A DNA stretch of 63,966 bases, counting the filler, from Reticulomyxa filosa (lineage: Eukaryota; Protista; Foraminifera): the NCBI GenBank assembly GCA_000512085.1. It is 10 parts of 10 records of this genome, joined end to end, with 100 filler letters (N's around TTAATTAATTAA, not from the genome) between each part and the next. Parts side by side here need not be neighbours in the genome. Positions count along the whole stretch, not along the records: positions 39,576 to 50,600 come from ASPP01006675.1; positions 50,701 to 52,333 come from ASPP01012087.1; positions 52,434 to 56,694 come from ASPP01007580.1; 7 more parts are not named here. The stretch is one strand, 5' to 3'. The position numbers and the translations under genes are program-made. A model generated the notes under the pieces. That model made no database searches. It was not told the origin of the DNA and worked only from the letters and a program-made list of their open reading frames with translations. Below, piece after piece: positions 41,355 through 55,040 of this stretch. The first letter of the stretch is position 1; each line of letters opens with the position of its first letter.

Positions 41355-42702
41355 ATGGGTAATTATATCGAGCATGAAGTAAAAGAAAGTCTGTGGAGAC
41401 AACAACAGATGGAGAGAGAAGTCCAAGTAAATAAAAATTACTTTTACCGAATCAATACATTTCAGATAGTTGGCGCCAAGAATAGCGGCAAGTCACTACT
41501 GTTTAACCACTTGACAAAAATAAATGAACAATACACCTTAAGTCAGAAGAGATACGTGGCATCATTGATCCGAACATTTGTAATTCACCAAATGATAGAT
41601 ATTCTCGAGCAACATCCAACAGAATATTATACGTATCAATTTGATGAAGACATTCTACCATTTATTCAAGTTGCACAACAATATACATACGTATATGTTA
41701 ACAGATGGATAGAGATTGTCAATCAATGTTTTATGCATATACAAAATATATGTATATATTTTGTACAATACATATAATGCATGCAAAAGCAAATGTTGGA
41801 TTTACCTCGAGATAGTAGACTGACAGTGGAAGTAGTAGACCTTATTAAAAAGCTATGGTCGAATGACGAAATAAAAAGAATGTTTGAAGAACGTACCAAC
41901 TTGGACATTATGGACAACTGTACGTATTTTTTTGGCGAAATTGATCGAATTGCGGATGTACATTACTTACCCTCTGACAAAGATTTGTTATTGTATGAGG
42001 GTCCCTTTCCTAACTCAAGTATTTTATTTTTTTAATTTAAAAAAAAGGGATATATATTTACCTCTTCAGACAAAACAAACAACATAAAAAAAAAAAAAAA
42101 AAAAAAAGGAAGGGTTTTCGTAAAGCAACATGTGACATCGCAGAAAGAAATTTTGACGCCTATGACATTAACCTGCAAGAAAATGGCGATGCGAACTGGC
42201 TCTATGCGTTTGAAAAAATGTCTATAATTATATTTGTGATTGACTTGTGTTGTTTCGGTCATGGCGCAAATGAAGGTGGTGATAGGGTTCATTCATCAAT
42301 ACAAACTCTGAGAACATGGAAACAGGCCATTAGTAACAAAGTGAATGAAGATAACACCTATTTCATTTTACTTTTTAATAAAGTAGATCTGTTCAAAGAT
42401 AAACTCGCCAAAAAATCTCTTCGATTTTTTTATGACGGATACGATGGACCGGAAGACGATTGGGATAAAATCATCGATTTTATTCAACAACTTTTTACAC
42501 ATCAGACCACTAATCCAATTTTTATGGTTTGTTCATTTTATTTCTTTTTTGTTTTTATTTTAACAAAAAACAAAATGCTTCAAATCAAATGCAAACATAG
42601 CATCTCAGCAATATCTTCGACGATGAAATCCAAAAAAAGTTAACTTGGGATTTCGCAAATATCACAATCCGCTCATCTTTACGTGAAACTGGCGTCCTGT
42701 AA
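41355..42702 (+). CDS. Atypical heterotrimeric G-protein alpha subunit, multi-exon
   Basis: N-terminal MGN; P-loop GAKNSGKS; LWSNDEIK; YFFGEIDRIA..YLPSDKDLL; WLYAFE..IIFVIDL; FILLFNKVDLFKDKL; C-terminal SLRETGVL*. Confidence 0.88.
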
Positions 42703-43056
42703 TAAAGAAAATTGCTTCATTGGACATTTTTTTTTTCCTGTTTCATTTGTTTCAAAAATAAAGTGACAAACTGTACAAAAAAGAGTTGAAAATTGTTTGA
42801 GTTGCAAACATGCACTGTACGTTATAACTCAGTTTGAACTGTCTTACTTAGTCAAACCAAGCTAGTAAAAAATCTTTGCACTCATTATTTTTGCTAAAAA
42901 TATCTTCAAAAAAATTGGCTATTTTGTTGGCAATGTGCCTCAAAACCACAAAATCTTTTGTTACGTGTAACCTTTGAGCTTTTTTTTTTTAAGATTCTTT
43001 TCCGCGGTTGTTTTGTACACATTTTCAAAAATAAGATTATTTGACAAAAACGAAGC

Positions 43057-46000
43057 ATGTGTCGAGCAACGGTGCCATTACTTCTTTGGAAGAATCTGAA
43101 GCAAGATGTGAGGTATTCAATAATTGTCTACTTCGAGAAGACACATGCACAAAAAGCCCAAAGCCAAACTAAAAACAAAACCTTTTACCCATACACACAA
43201 ATGTCACAGACGACCAAAGGGGTTATGTTGCGAAATGTTCTGCCCAGTTACGTGTAATTCCTTGCATATAAGAATATTTCCAGTGGCAAATGGGAGAGAA
43301 GGGAGAGGAGGAGGCAGAAGAAGAAAAAAAAAACAAAAACCCATAAATTAAACAAAACAAAAAAAAAAAAGGCATTGGTGTTCGTTATGTTCGGTCTTAT
43401 TCGTTTTGCAATTTCTCGGGTAAGTTTTTATTTGGACAAGAAGGAAGGAAAAAAGAGGTGGAGGGGTGGGAGGGGGGGAAAAAAAAAAAAAAGTAATGAA
43501 CCTTTTTTTTTTTAAATAAGCCTCAAAAAAAAAAAAGTTTGCTTTTGTAATTGTTGTTTAAACATCTATTGCTGGTAGCAAAACGTAGATGTAGCATATG
43601 GAGACTCGGAAGCACGAACAGTGTATTATGACACGCAAATAAGCGAAATGAACTACACAGATACCACCAACACATCCTATCGAAGTCCTTGGCAAGCGCC
43701 ATATCCTTACATTAACTTAGCCAGATTGATATGCCCCTCCAACACTTTTAATGGTGACCGATTTCTAGCGGGATACTTGGGAATCGTTCCCAACCCGAGC
43801 TCGTCTCCTGTGTTGACGAACATTTTTAACCGAATGAAACAAGTTTTTTTTTTTTTTGATTGTTTGTGTGTATCTCGACCTTATGATAAGCTTAAAAAAA
43901 ACAACAACAACAACAACGTATACAAAAAGGATTGGCAACGCTCACGAGACGATTGGAATGAAACAGTGCAGGCATTTGGCGGTGATTGGAACTTAACATG
44001 TCGGAAGTTATTCGGTGAACGATATTGGCAAAACCAACCTATTTGTTATCCGGAATGCCAATACCGACTCTTAAATTTCGATGATGGGTCCCTTTACAAA
44101 TATTTTGATACTGTCGATTCCATTCAAGCGTACATGAGTTACTTTTTTTTCTTGTTTTGGCATTTTGCACTTCACGCACAATCGAAGGTAACGACAATAA
44201 TGATAATCTTAATCACACTAGTTTTTTGTTATGCTTGTATGTCAAAAAAAAAAAAAGAGTCGCATATCTACGCAACAAATTGGGATCTCAGCAATTCACC
44301 CGAAAATTATGGGCCACGTCCGGTCACCTTTGCAATTGTGTTTGACGAGTATTCAAACTTTGAGAACATCACGTATACGTTACGTGGTAATGCAACAATC
44401 TACCCCACTACAGATACCGGCTCTGTCAATGTGGACTTATTCACAAAAAGCCACAATGACATGCTTAATTCCTATTGGCTGGTTCGACAAACACAGACCC
44501 CTCTCTTCCTTTTTGCATTTTTTTTTTTTTTGGGGACCCTCTCACATTTTGCTCTTCCTAATAAATAATTCCTTGCAAATACCATAATACTTTGAATAGC
44601 CTTATCGTGACAACGGTTTTGCAGAATTTCAGGTATTGTTTTTTTTTTGGTACTTTTTTCGATTTTTTTTTTTGGAACATTTTAGAATTTTCTTTTTTTT
44701 TTTCTCCTTTGTTTTTGTAACTCGGATTAGCTATGGGTTAATGAAATCATTACTAAAAACGTGGCCGAAGACGAAGGACAGAGTCTTCCCCGTTTCCAGT
44801 TTGGTACTTGGACATTCCCTACCGCTTCTTATGAAACGGATAACTTCTTTGTTAAGCACTGTACTTATGTACTACAAACAACAATTGTCACATTATCGTA
44901 AGTAATTTTTTATATATTTTTGGTTGATTTGTTCTTTCTAAACGTAACAGCAACTTTTGAGTGGATTGCTGCCCTTTGTTATGGTATGTTATCTTTTTTG
45001 TTTCTTTTCCCTTTGCTAAACTTGTAAAAACTACTTTTTTTTTTTATTAATGCGAAGATATTGGCGTTTATTTATCCATATTTTGTAATAACGGGTGCCG
45101 TGGTGGAAGAAAAAGCATCGAAAATTAAGGAAGGATTGCAAATGATGGGAGCAACACTCACCGAGTATTGGCTGTCCGTTTACTTGTACACAGCTATAAA
45201 ATTTTTCCTTATTGCTTTGCTTTGCACCATTTTCTCGCGACTTTTTCGAGTTATTTAGCATATAACTATTTTTTCCTTTTTTTTTATATTAGCGATTTTA
45301 TCTGGATCTCACTTTTTTTTTTTTTTGTAAATGTGTTTTTTAATGTTACAACACGATTATAGATTTTTGAATTCAGTGACTTTAGTGTCATTTTGGTATG
45401 GTACTATTTGTTCATGTTAACCTTATTAACCAGTGCTGTTATGGTGTCGACATTTTTTGATAACCCAAGTTACGCAATTTGTGTACATATATAATATATA
45501 TGTATACATACATATATAATTTTTTTGTTTAACAATTTAAAAAAAAAAAATGAATGAAAACATAGAAACGGCGTCAATGGTTAGCACAATATTTTTGTTA
45601 GTATTATATTTCATAAACTTTCTTTACCAAACGTTGCGATCGGAGTCAGACTTGACAGCACTTTGCTTGTCTGGTCCCGCTTGTTTCGCCGTGTCCACAA
45701 ATAACTTTGCCATATTCGAAGAAGGACAACTGGGAATTCAATGGGACAACATGGACCAAGTATATAACTATTTCCGATTTCAAACTGCCATTTATATGAT
45801 GATTATCGACTGCATTATCTACACAATCCTTGCGTTGAGTCTTTGTTTTTTACTCTTTGATACCAACTATGCATGTACATACGTAAGTAAAACATTTCTA
45901 TGTGTGTGTGTGTAATTATATAGTATGTATTTGGATCGTGTAATTCCATCGCGCTACGGATTCAAATTGAAATGGTACTTCCCTTTCCAACCCTCGTTTT

Positions 46001-49000
46001 GGCTTGGCAGTCCCCCTCCTGTGCAACAGGAAGTGACAGAGACATCCCCGAAGCCAGAACCAGATGTATATGAACGTGTGGACGAAAATGTAATCGGCAA
46101 ACCAGTCATCACAGTCGAGAACTTGAGAAAAGAGTATTCCACGGGCTTCAACACTCAGCTCATTGCCGTCGACGGAGTTAATCTGAAAATGTATGAAAAT
46201 CAAGTCTTTTGCTTGCTCGGACACAATGGCGCCGGTAAAACCACGACCATTAGCATGTTGTCTGGAATGACGAGCATTAGCGGTGGAAGAGCTATCCTCG
46301 ATGGATTTGACGTTGTCAACAATATGCTCGATATTCGAAAAGAAATGGGTGTCTGTCCTCAACATGATGTGTTACGTATACTCAAAAAAAAAAAAAGGAT
46401 ATAGGCAAATAGTAATAAATAAAATAAAGTAATTAATATAAATATGTCAATACAATAGATTATGGCCAAATTTGTCAGTCGAAGAACACTTGCGCTTGTT
46501 TGCACGTCTGAAAGGTGTGACAGCGGACAAAGTGGAAGCAGAAGTCAACGATATGGTACAAAGAATTGGGCTGCTTGAAAAAAGAGCTAAATTCCCTACT
46601 GAACTTTCGGGAGGCCAAAAGAGTTACTCATTTGATCTCTTAGTTAGTCTGTTATTCATTCTCGTAAATATCATTGCTTTGTTGCTATAGGAAAATTGTC
46701 ATTGGGAATTGCCTTGATTGGTGGATCCAAGATTGTGTTTTTGGATGTTTAGTTTTGTTTTTTTTTTTTTTTTGTTAGTTTTGAAGCACAAGTTTTACGT
46801 AATGATTATGTGTTGTACTGTGTGTGCGTAATGGCATGTAACTATTGTCGTCTTCTGATCGTTGCAGGAACCCACCAGTGGTATGTATATATGTATATAT
46901 GTGTATATATGCGCGTGGAACAAATTGCATCTAAAAATTCACAACAACATAAATCCGTATGACTGATTACTATAGGTATGGATCCACACAGTCGTCAAAG
47001 CGCATGGGATTTGATTCAAGAATCAAAGGCCAATCGCTGCATTATCTTGACCACGCACTATATGGACGAAGCTGATATCTTGGGAGATCGAAGTTTAGTT
47101 CTTTTTACAAATAACCAATAAAGATAATAGCATCAAGCAATAAATAATAAAATAAAAAACAGTTGCAATAATGGCCCACGGAAAAGTAAAGTGTTGTGGG
47201 ACGTCTCTGTTTTTGAAACGACTTTATGGAGTTGGCTATTCATTCACCGTGTCTGTCAATCCAGCAATTCCATTGAAAAAAGTGAAAAAGCCAATTACTA
47301 AATTGATACGCACTCACGTCGATGACTCCAAAGTGATCAGCGCGTAATTTGAGAAAACATTTTTTTTTTTTTTTTTATATGCTGTAAAATAACAATAACA
47401 ATAATAATAATAATAACAAAAAAATCCAAAGCCACGGAGCAGAGCTCGTATTTCGTTTACCGTTTAGTAGCACAGGAAACTTTCCTTCAATGTTCCGAGC
47501 AATGGACAAGATAAAAACCGATTTGGCAATTGACAATTACGGCATTAGTGTAACCACATTGGAAGAAGTGTTTATGCGTGTAGGACATGATGAAGAGGTG
47601 ATATTAGACGACGACGAAAAAGACGAAGCGAAGAAACGAGACTCCAACGTTACCACTAACGCGAAAACAACTCAAATTGAATTGGTGCAGCAAGGTAGTG
47701 ATGGAATGACAACAAACACAAATGAAACTGCAAATGTAGATACAAATAAGGAAAGTGCAGAGGGTAATGAGGATGGCAATATAGAAGGCAGCAAACATGA
47801 CTTAGCGGAAGCACACTTGCAAGTAGTAAGAAAGTATTCTTCCAATAATTTGATATCAACCTCTGAAGACGATGTCCGAGAGTCTGAAAATTGGAAAAAA
47901 ATGATGGATGAAATTCGTGCCCGAAGTCAAAAAAACTTGTTTTGGCAACATGTCAAAGCTGTGTTATTGAAAAAGTTTCACTTCACCAAACGAGACAACC
48001 GAGTTTTGTTTTTTTTTTTTTTTTCTCTTTTATTTTTGCAAATACAATGATTTTAACCTTATTTATCATTTTTAAAAAATTAGTCGTTCATGTGTCAAGT
48101 ATTCTTGCCAATATTATTCATTTGCGTTGGCTTTGCGTTGGTTAACTTGGTATCCCCACGGGCTCTCCTAGAAAACCACTTGACATGGAACAGTTTAGCG
48201 ATGAGCCATCGATCAAACTGCCATTCAACCAAGGTATGATTACTCTTTTGTCCTCTCTTCCGATTCAATAGATTGTTATGATACCATCTATTTGCAAACT
48301 CAAAATAATTTCAGAATCGGTCAGCTTTGCAACTCCATTTGTCGGTGTTTGGGAAAACGACATGCAATCTTATGGAGATTTACTTGGAGTTGAGAATTTT
48401 TATCCATTTGTGCCATGGAATACAAAAAAAATTAAACTTTTATTTTTTTTTTTTTGCATTTGACTTTTTGAAAAAGGTGCCATGTGGATACAACGGCCAA
48501 CCTTACGAGCAAGAGGCAAAACCCAACACCACTAATTCATATTACTATTTGCACACAATGAAAAATAACCTGTTGGATATTTCTACGAAATCGCCTCACA
48601 AATATATTGGCTTTTACTTCCCGAACTCAAGCTCGAGTACGTACAGTTATACAGGTAACGTAAGTGCCAACATCAACATTGGCGCAGCATGCAACGTTTC
48701 CGCTTATCATGGCTTGCCAATCTCATTGAATCTGGCCTCGAATGTAGCCATCAAATCCATCAATTCCAATGCTTATATCCAAGCGTATGTACAGCCCATG
48801 CCTCTTACCTCTGGACAAACACAGGCCATTGCACGTATCAAAGGAATGATTCAAGGTTCGTATTTGGCATTTGGTCTGGCCTTTTTCCCAGTCAGCATAA
48901 TGTACAACATTGTGCAAGAAAGAGAAATGTTGACAAAGCACCAACAGTTAGTGTCGGGAATGAACTCGGTTGCATATTGGTTGGGAGCATTGATCTTTGA

Positions 49001-50600
49001 TGTAATCATGGTGTTGCCATCGTGTCTTATGGCATGGGCATTATCGGCAATCTTTAACTCGGACGTGTATCAACACAGTGCACAGGGCCCATTTGTATTG
49101 AACCTTTTGTTGTATGGATTCTCCATCGTCCCTTTCACATATTGCTTCTCTTGGGTATTTGAAAGAGCTCAACGAGCTCAGTATGTGAGCTTATTGATAT
49201 TTTTATTTGTGGGATATGGAATACCTTTGGGCACCTTCATCATGGACTTTATCCCTTCCACCCGACATGCAAACAAATATATCAAAGGTGTATGTCGACT
49301 TTCCCCATCGTATGCGTCCACCATGACATTTTTGTATCTATCAATCCGCGATTGGGGCATTGAAGGAGTCATCCCTGCCAAAAGTGGTCCATGGGCATGG
49401 GAGGTCAGCGGAGAGAATTTGGTGACAATGGTAATCCATTTCTTTGGCTACTTTCTCTTGGCCTTGGCTATAGAATACGTATCCACCATTCCCGAGTTTT
49501 ATTCATTTTTGGGCTTGAACATTGATGTGAAGGATCCGATAGTGGAAGAACTCGACAGTGATGTTGCAGCAGAACAAAAGAGAATCCGAGATAACAGAAA
49601 TGAACTCCATGACCCGATTGTCTTATGTGGATTACGTAAAGTGTATTCGCGCAAGTCAGTACTTTCGCTGTTATGGAGGAAATGGGTCCACTCGGACGAC
49701 AATATCAACGATCAAGACTTGGTCATTGCTGTCAAAGATATTTGGTACTCAGTTCCTGTTGGCCAAGTCTTTGGCTTTTTAGGTGTCAATGGTGCTGGCA
49801 AGACCACCACTTTGAGTATGCTATCCGGTCGATTCTTGCCGTCTAACGGTACTGCGTATATCAACCAAACCCCCATTTCAAATCAACTCCAATGTCGTCG
49901 AATGATTGGCTATTGTCCACAATTCGATGCTTTGTTTGAGTTACTAACCACCAAAGAACATTTGGAAATTTATGGATTAAGTTGAGAAGTGAACACAATA
50001 TTTTGAATCCATTGTTTGCTATACATATATATACATATATATATGTATATTTATATGCATGTATTGATACAATAGTCAAAGGATTGTCCGCCGAGGAAAT
50101 TCAAGCACAAACAAATAACTTGGTCACCACGTTGACTTTGGATGAGTATGTCAACAAACCAGCTGGCACGTACAGTGGTGGAAACAAACGAAAGCTTTCA
50201 GTGGCATTGGCAATGATTGGTAATCCTCCTATTGTCTTTTTGGATGAACCTTCCTCTGGCATGGACCCTGTTTCAAGACGACACATGTGGGACTTCATCT
50301 CCCAAACAATGCACCATCGTGCAGTGATATTGACAACGCATTCAATGGAAGAGTGTGAAGCGTTGTGCCATCGCATTGGTATTATGGTGTTAGGACAACT
50401 CCGTTGCTTGGGAACTGCTCAACGCTTAAAATCTCGTTATGGCAAAGGCTATCAATTGGATATGGATGTTGATCCTGGTGTCCAAGCAGATTTGACAAAT
50501 GTCTTACAGGCCGAGTTTGGGCAGACCAATGTCATCGTCTTGGAAAGTCATGGAAATAGTTTAAAAATACGAGTTAAGATCTTAAAATATACATATACAC
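43057..50600 (+). CDS. ABCA: ABC transporter subfamily A (full-size TMD-NBD x2), many exons, 3' end lost in gap
   Basis: LLLWKN; [16 protein letters not shown]; [11 protein letters not shown]; LSGGQK; [16 protein letters not shown]; TTLEEVF; [10 protein letters not shown]; [10 protein letters not shown]; [10 protein letters not shown]; [13 protein letters not shown]. Confidence 0.96.
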
Positions 50601-50700
50601 NNNNNNNNNNNNNNNNNNNNNNNNNNNNNNNNNNNNNNNNNNNNTTAATTAATTAANNNNNNNNNNNNNNNNNNNNNNNNNNNNNNNNNNNNNNNNNNNN

Positions 50701-52285
50701 ACACACACACACAAAACTGGATTCTTTCCCAATTCTTGCAGATACTCAATTGTCAATTCTATTCCATTGATCCACTTGGCTTGCTTTTGTATTGTGTCCA
50801 ACGCTTTGGAATGGTACTCGTGCGATTTGTACAGATATACGAGTTCCAGGTATTTTTCATGATTTTGCAATTCTGTCTGGGTTTTTTGTTTTTTTTTTTT
50901 TTTTTTTGAACTTTTTCTCTTTGGTCCCCTTTTTGCATCATTTTTTTATTTATTTATTTTAAGTATACTCCTCTGTTTTGCACTTTTTGCATTCAAACTT
51001 CAGACACAGGAATATTGCACTGATTTTTGACGTCTTTCACAAAGCCTTCGACACTTTCTGGGTGGACGAGCAACAAACATTTCAAATACACAGTATCTAC
51101 CAACTCTGCCAACGGCCATGCGTCTGCTTCTTGGTCTTCTTTTTGTTCTCTTCACACACACACACACACATATACATGCACATGCACACATAACATATAT
51201 AAAAAATAAATGTGGACATCTGCTTCGATATGTTTGTATGTATGTAACAATCTAGTACGGAATTACAAAAAGATTGAAGGTAGAAGGTTACGAAACAAAA
51301 ATCCATGTTCGTTATTCGCAACCAATTGGGAGCGAACGGACATTAGATAAGGGATTAAGAAATCTCGAAGTGCCTGTCACAAGTACAATACACATAACAT
51401 AAATGTATATGTGTATATGTATATATATGTATATGTTATGTGTATATGAAATATTAAATGTAAGGGGAAAAACACACCTTTTTGATTTCAGATTCGTTTT
51501 TGTTGGCAAAAAGAGAACCAATAGGATGATGTTGCAATGTGTTTTTGCACTGTCCTGGAGGCACAATTGCAGGGAACAAAGAAATGACACGACGCACGCT
51601 GACTTTGGCTTGTTCAAAATAGACCACCGCTTCTTGAAATTGCGCCTTTTTTTTTTTCCCCCCCCCCGCCCGCCCCAATCACAAAGACAAAATGTTGAGT
51701 TTGAAGACATTGAATGGATCAATTGTTAACACAAACAAACAAAAAATGTATTAATAATTAGTCTCCTTATTATAATTTGCTCCAAACATTTGAAATGTAA
51801 CAAAAGTATGTGCGAAATAAACTTTATTAAATAAATGATAAGCGTAAAGCTCTTTTGTCCTTCGTGTTTTCTCTTCGACGTCGAGATCCTCTTCAAAGAA
51901 TTGTCTTTTATCAATCTTTTCACACAGATAGAGCGCTTCCTGGAAATGGCTTCGATCTGGAGGCTCCGTCAACGCGAGGAACTGCTGCGTGAGAGAGCAC
52001 AGATGCATCGACATCAGATTGGACTCACCGGCCACACAGCCATAGCTTCGCCAAATCGAATCCGACTGATAGCAAACACTGCCTGCCCACTTGCATGAGG
52101 GTATATCCATTCTCTCAATCAGTTTTTGCGTGACATTGTGATGGACCTCAATGCACTTGGCCTGCAGGCTGACAATGTAAGGAAAGGCAAAGAAGAGTTG
52201 CTCTGGAGGACTTGACCATTTGATGCCTTGGCGTCGTGTGGGTTCTCCATCGTGATTGACTATTATACCATCTTTGTCCACCACT
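50701..52285 (-). CDS. VPS39: Vam6/Vps39 (TGFBRAP1-like) internal fragment: end of CNH domain plus Vps39_1 region
   Basis: GEPTRRQGIKWSSPP..FPYIVSL..IEVH; YAYHLFNK; VRRVISLFP; LVDTVYLKC; KYLELVYLYKSHEYHSKAL. Bounded by gaps on both sides. Confidence 0.8.
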
Positions 52286-53368
52286 TTTGTTGTTGTTGTT
52301 GTTGTTATTGTTATTGTTATTGTTGTATGTTTCNNNNNNNNNNNNNNNNNNNNNNNNNNNNNNNNNNNNNNNNNNNNTTAATTAATTAANNNNNNNNNNN
52401 NNNNNNNNNNNNNNNNNNNNNNNNNNNNNNNNNTAAACATAAAAAGTTCAATGTAATGACCCCTTGAATGAACTTTTATATCGATTTATTAGTTTTTGTT
52501 TTATTTTTTTTTAGATTTGTAGTTTTTAGTTGTTTTTGTAATTGTTTTTTGTTTTGTCTTGTTTTTGTTAAATTTTTTGATTGTTGGAATTTACATTAAG
52601 TTGATGTTTTACTTATTTTTGTTGTTTTTGTTGCTATGTCTGTTTTGATTTTATGTCGAAGTTATTATTTTGACGTCATTGCAAATGAGCGAATTATTAT
52701 TGGCATTACTTTAGTCATTTGACTTCGTTATTTCGTAAGTCTATGTTTTAGAAATTTTAGTCAAAAATTGTTATATTTACAAAAAAGAGATTGATAATCT
52801 TTTTTACATACTGTACAGAAAACGCTCTAAGCAATTGTTATTGACAAGCCACTTCCATGTGGCATTGATTGTTTGAAAAACAATTTGCTGTCGCCGTGGA
52901 ACTATAACCCGTTGCAATTGCCGCACTTTTGAATATTTTCGTAGCCGTCAAACTGTTGCATGATACGTACATTAAAATGGATAAACTTACTATGCATGAT
53001 ATAGTAGTACTTGTTCGTGTGGTAATAAAAGGACTCGTCCAACTGTGCCAATTCGCTTTGATGTTTATAATATGTGGACAAATTTTCACATGCACTTGTT
53101 TAGGCACAATGTTGGTTTGCCCTGTCTCTAGAATACGTTGTCCTAACATCAACATTTCTTTTTCGGCTCTTTTTTTTTAGTTAGCAATTGTAGAATAGAA
53201 TGAAATAGCTATATCCTTTCTTTTTTTGTTTAAGTTACTCAGTTAGTTTTTTAACCGGTACAACATAAACAAATATCTTATAATTGCACATCCTCGTCTC
53301 TCCGACAGAGTTAAAAACTGCGAAGGGGAAAAACAAGAACTAAAAAAAAAAGACAAATAATAAAAAAC

Positions 53369-54415
53369 ATGAAGTCATTTTCATTCCGTCGCATTTCCAA
53401 CATCCCTTCTTTCTCATTAATCTCGCGATCTTCACTGACATATACCCCAAAGCGTCCGTTTTTTTGTGATCGTGAATGAGTACGAAAAAGCAGTAGTGTT
53501 CACATTGGGAAAGTTTAGCAGCGTAAAATCAGCTGGTTTGCGAATATTTTGCCAAGTTTCCAGCAAATGTATAAAGTGGACATGCGTACGAGGATAATAG
53601 AATTGAGTCCACAAGACGTGATCACAAAAGACAATGTCAGCGCAAGCGTGAACGCAGTGATATACTTTCGAGCAATCAACGCGAAAGACGCCGTGCTAAA
53701 CGTGGACCAAGCGGAAGAGGCAGTGGTCCAACTGGGACAAACGCAGCTTCGAGACTTGATGACCACAAGTAATTTTAACACAATTTTAGAAAACAGGGAC
53801 CAATTGAGGTTAGATTGGTTTTAAAGAAAAGTGTATATGCATATGAAATGTATATTATATATATATATATATGTATATGCATATGTTTTATACGAATTGA
53901 CACTACAAAGCAACATAATGGCCGAAAAGATGCAACTGAAATGTGAACGCTGGGGTGTGAAGATTGAACATTTGCAAGTGAAACATATAGATCTGATTAG
54001 TGAAGAGATGGTACGAGCAATGGCGAAGCAAGCAGAGGCAAGTCGAGAGAAGATCGCATCTTTGATTCGAGCAGATGGAGAAGTGCAAGCTGCTTTGAAG
54101 TTAACCGAAGCAGCGAAATTGTTACACACCTATCCTGTTGCAATCGAATTGCGAAGGATGCAAACTATCGAACGGTTGTCCAAAGAACCTCAACAAAAGA
54201 CTATTGTCATATCCAACGAAGTTCTGAAGGACCCTTCGGCCTTAATCGGCTGTATTATCGGTGCAACACAATCTAACGACAATATACTTCAAGGACGACA
54301 AGTGGTGGAATTCTCTTCTGTAAGTGATAGTGTCTCTGGAGAGGATATTGTTCCTTTTGACAATAACAAAATTTCTCATAAAAATGAGGTCCGTTCTAGC
54401 ATTTCCGAAGAATAA
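53369..54415 (+). CDS. Stomatin/SPFH (band 7) protein, 2 exons, 1-nt frameshift at 53547-53550
   Basis: IVNEYEKAVVFTLGK, KVDMRT, QDVITKDNVS..VNAVIYFR, QTQLR, WGVKIE, RAMAKQAEASRE, AIELRRMQT. Confidence 0.92.
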
Positions 54416-55040
54416 TACAATGAGACAAAAAATTGTTCTTTGATTGCTTTGTTTTGCTGACCATTGTGACAAACTCGGAAAAAAATTTTCATATACATTT
54501 CTGAAGTTTTCGTTCCATTATTATTTCAAATAACCACAAATGTTCTGCACATTCAAATCTGTAAACTGTCCATCCGTAGAAAAATTATTTAAGTCTAAAT
54601 ATTGTATTCACAGTTCTCGAAATAGTAATTCAAAATATATAATGATGACGGATAATAATTATTATGCACTTATTGAATGTTAATAATAATTTTTTTATTC
54701 AACACCAACCCAAAAAAAAATCTCATCTGGTTGTTTACTTCCAAACTGATACTTTTTTACACTGTTTCAAGAAAATACAATCTTTGCACAAAGGACTATT
54801 GCAAAATTTGAATAAAAAATAACGTGCACCCTTGGTTTGTATACACTTTTGTTGCACACGTGCCGCTTTTACAGAAATTGCAAAAAACTAAATTTTCTGA
54901 TTTTGATGGTAAATGAAACAAAGCACAAATTTTATGAAGAAAGACAGACTTGGCGGCTCCAATTGTCACATTAGATGTCATACTGAGTTTTGCGGATTGA
55001 AGTGTATATGCACATAACAAAATTGCAACTACAACCAAAC

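Noticed and set aside
52838-53155. 105 aa minus-strand ORF
   Set aside because: No recognisable motif or clear gene structure.
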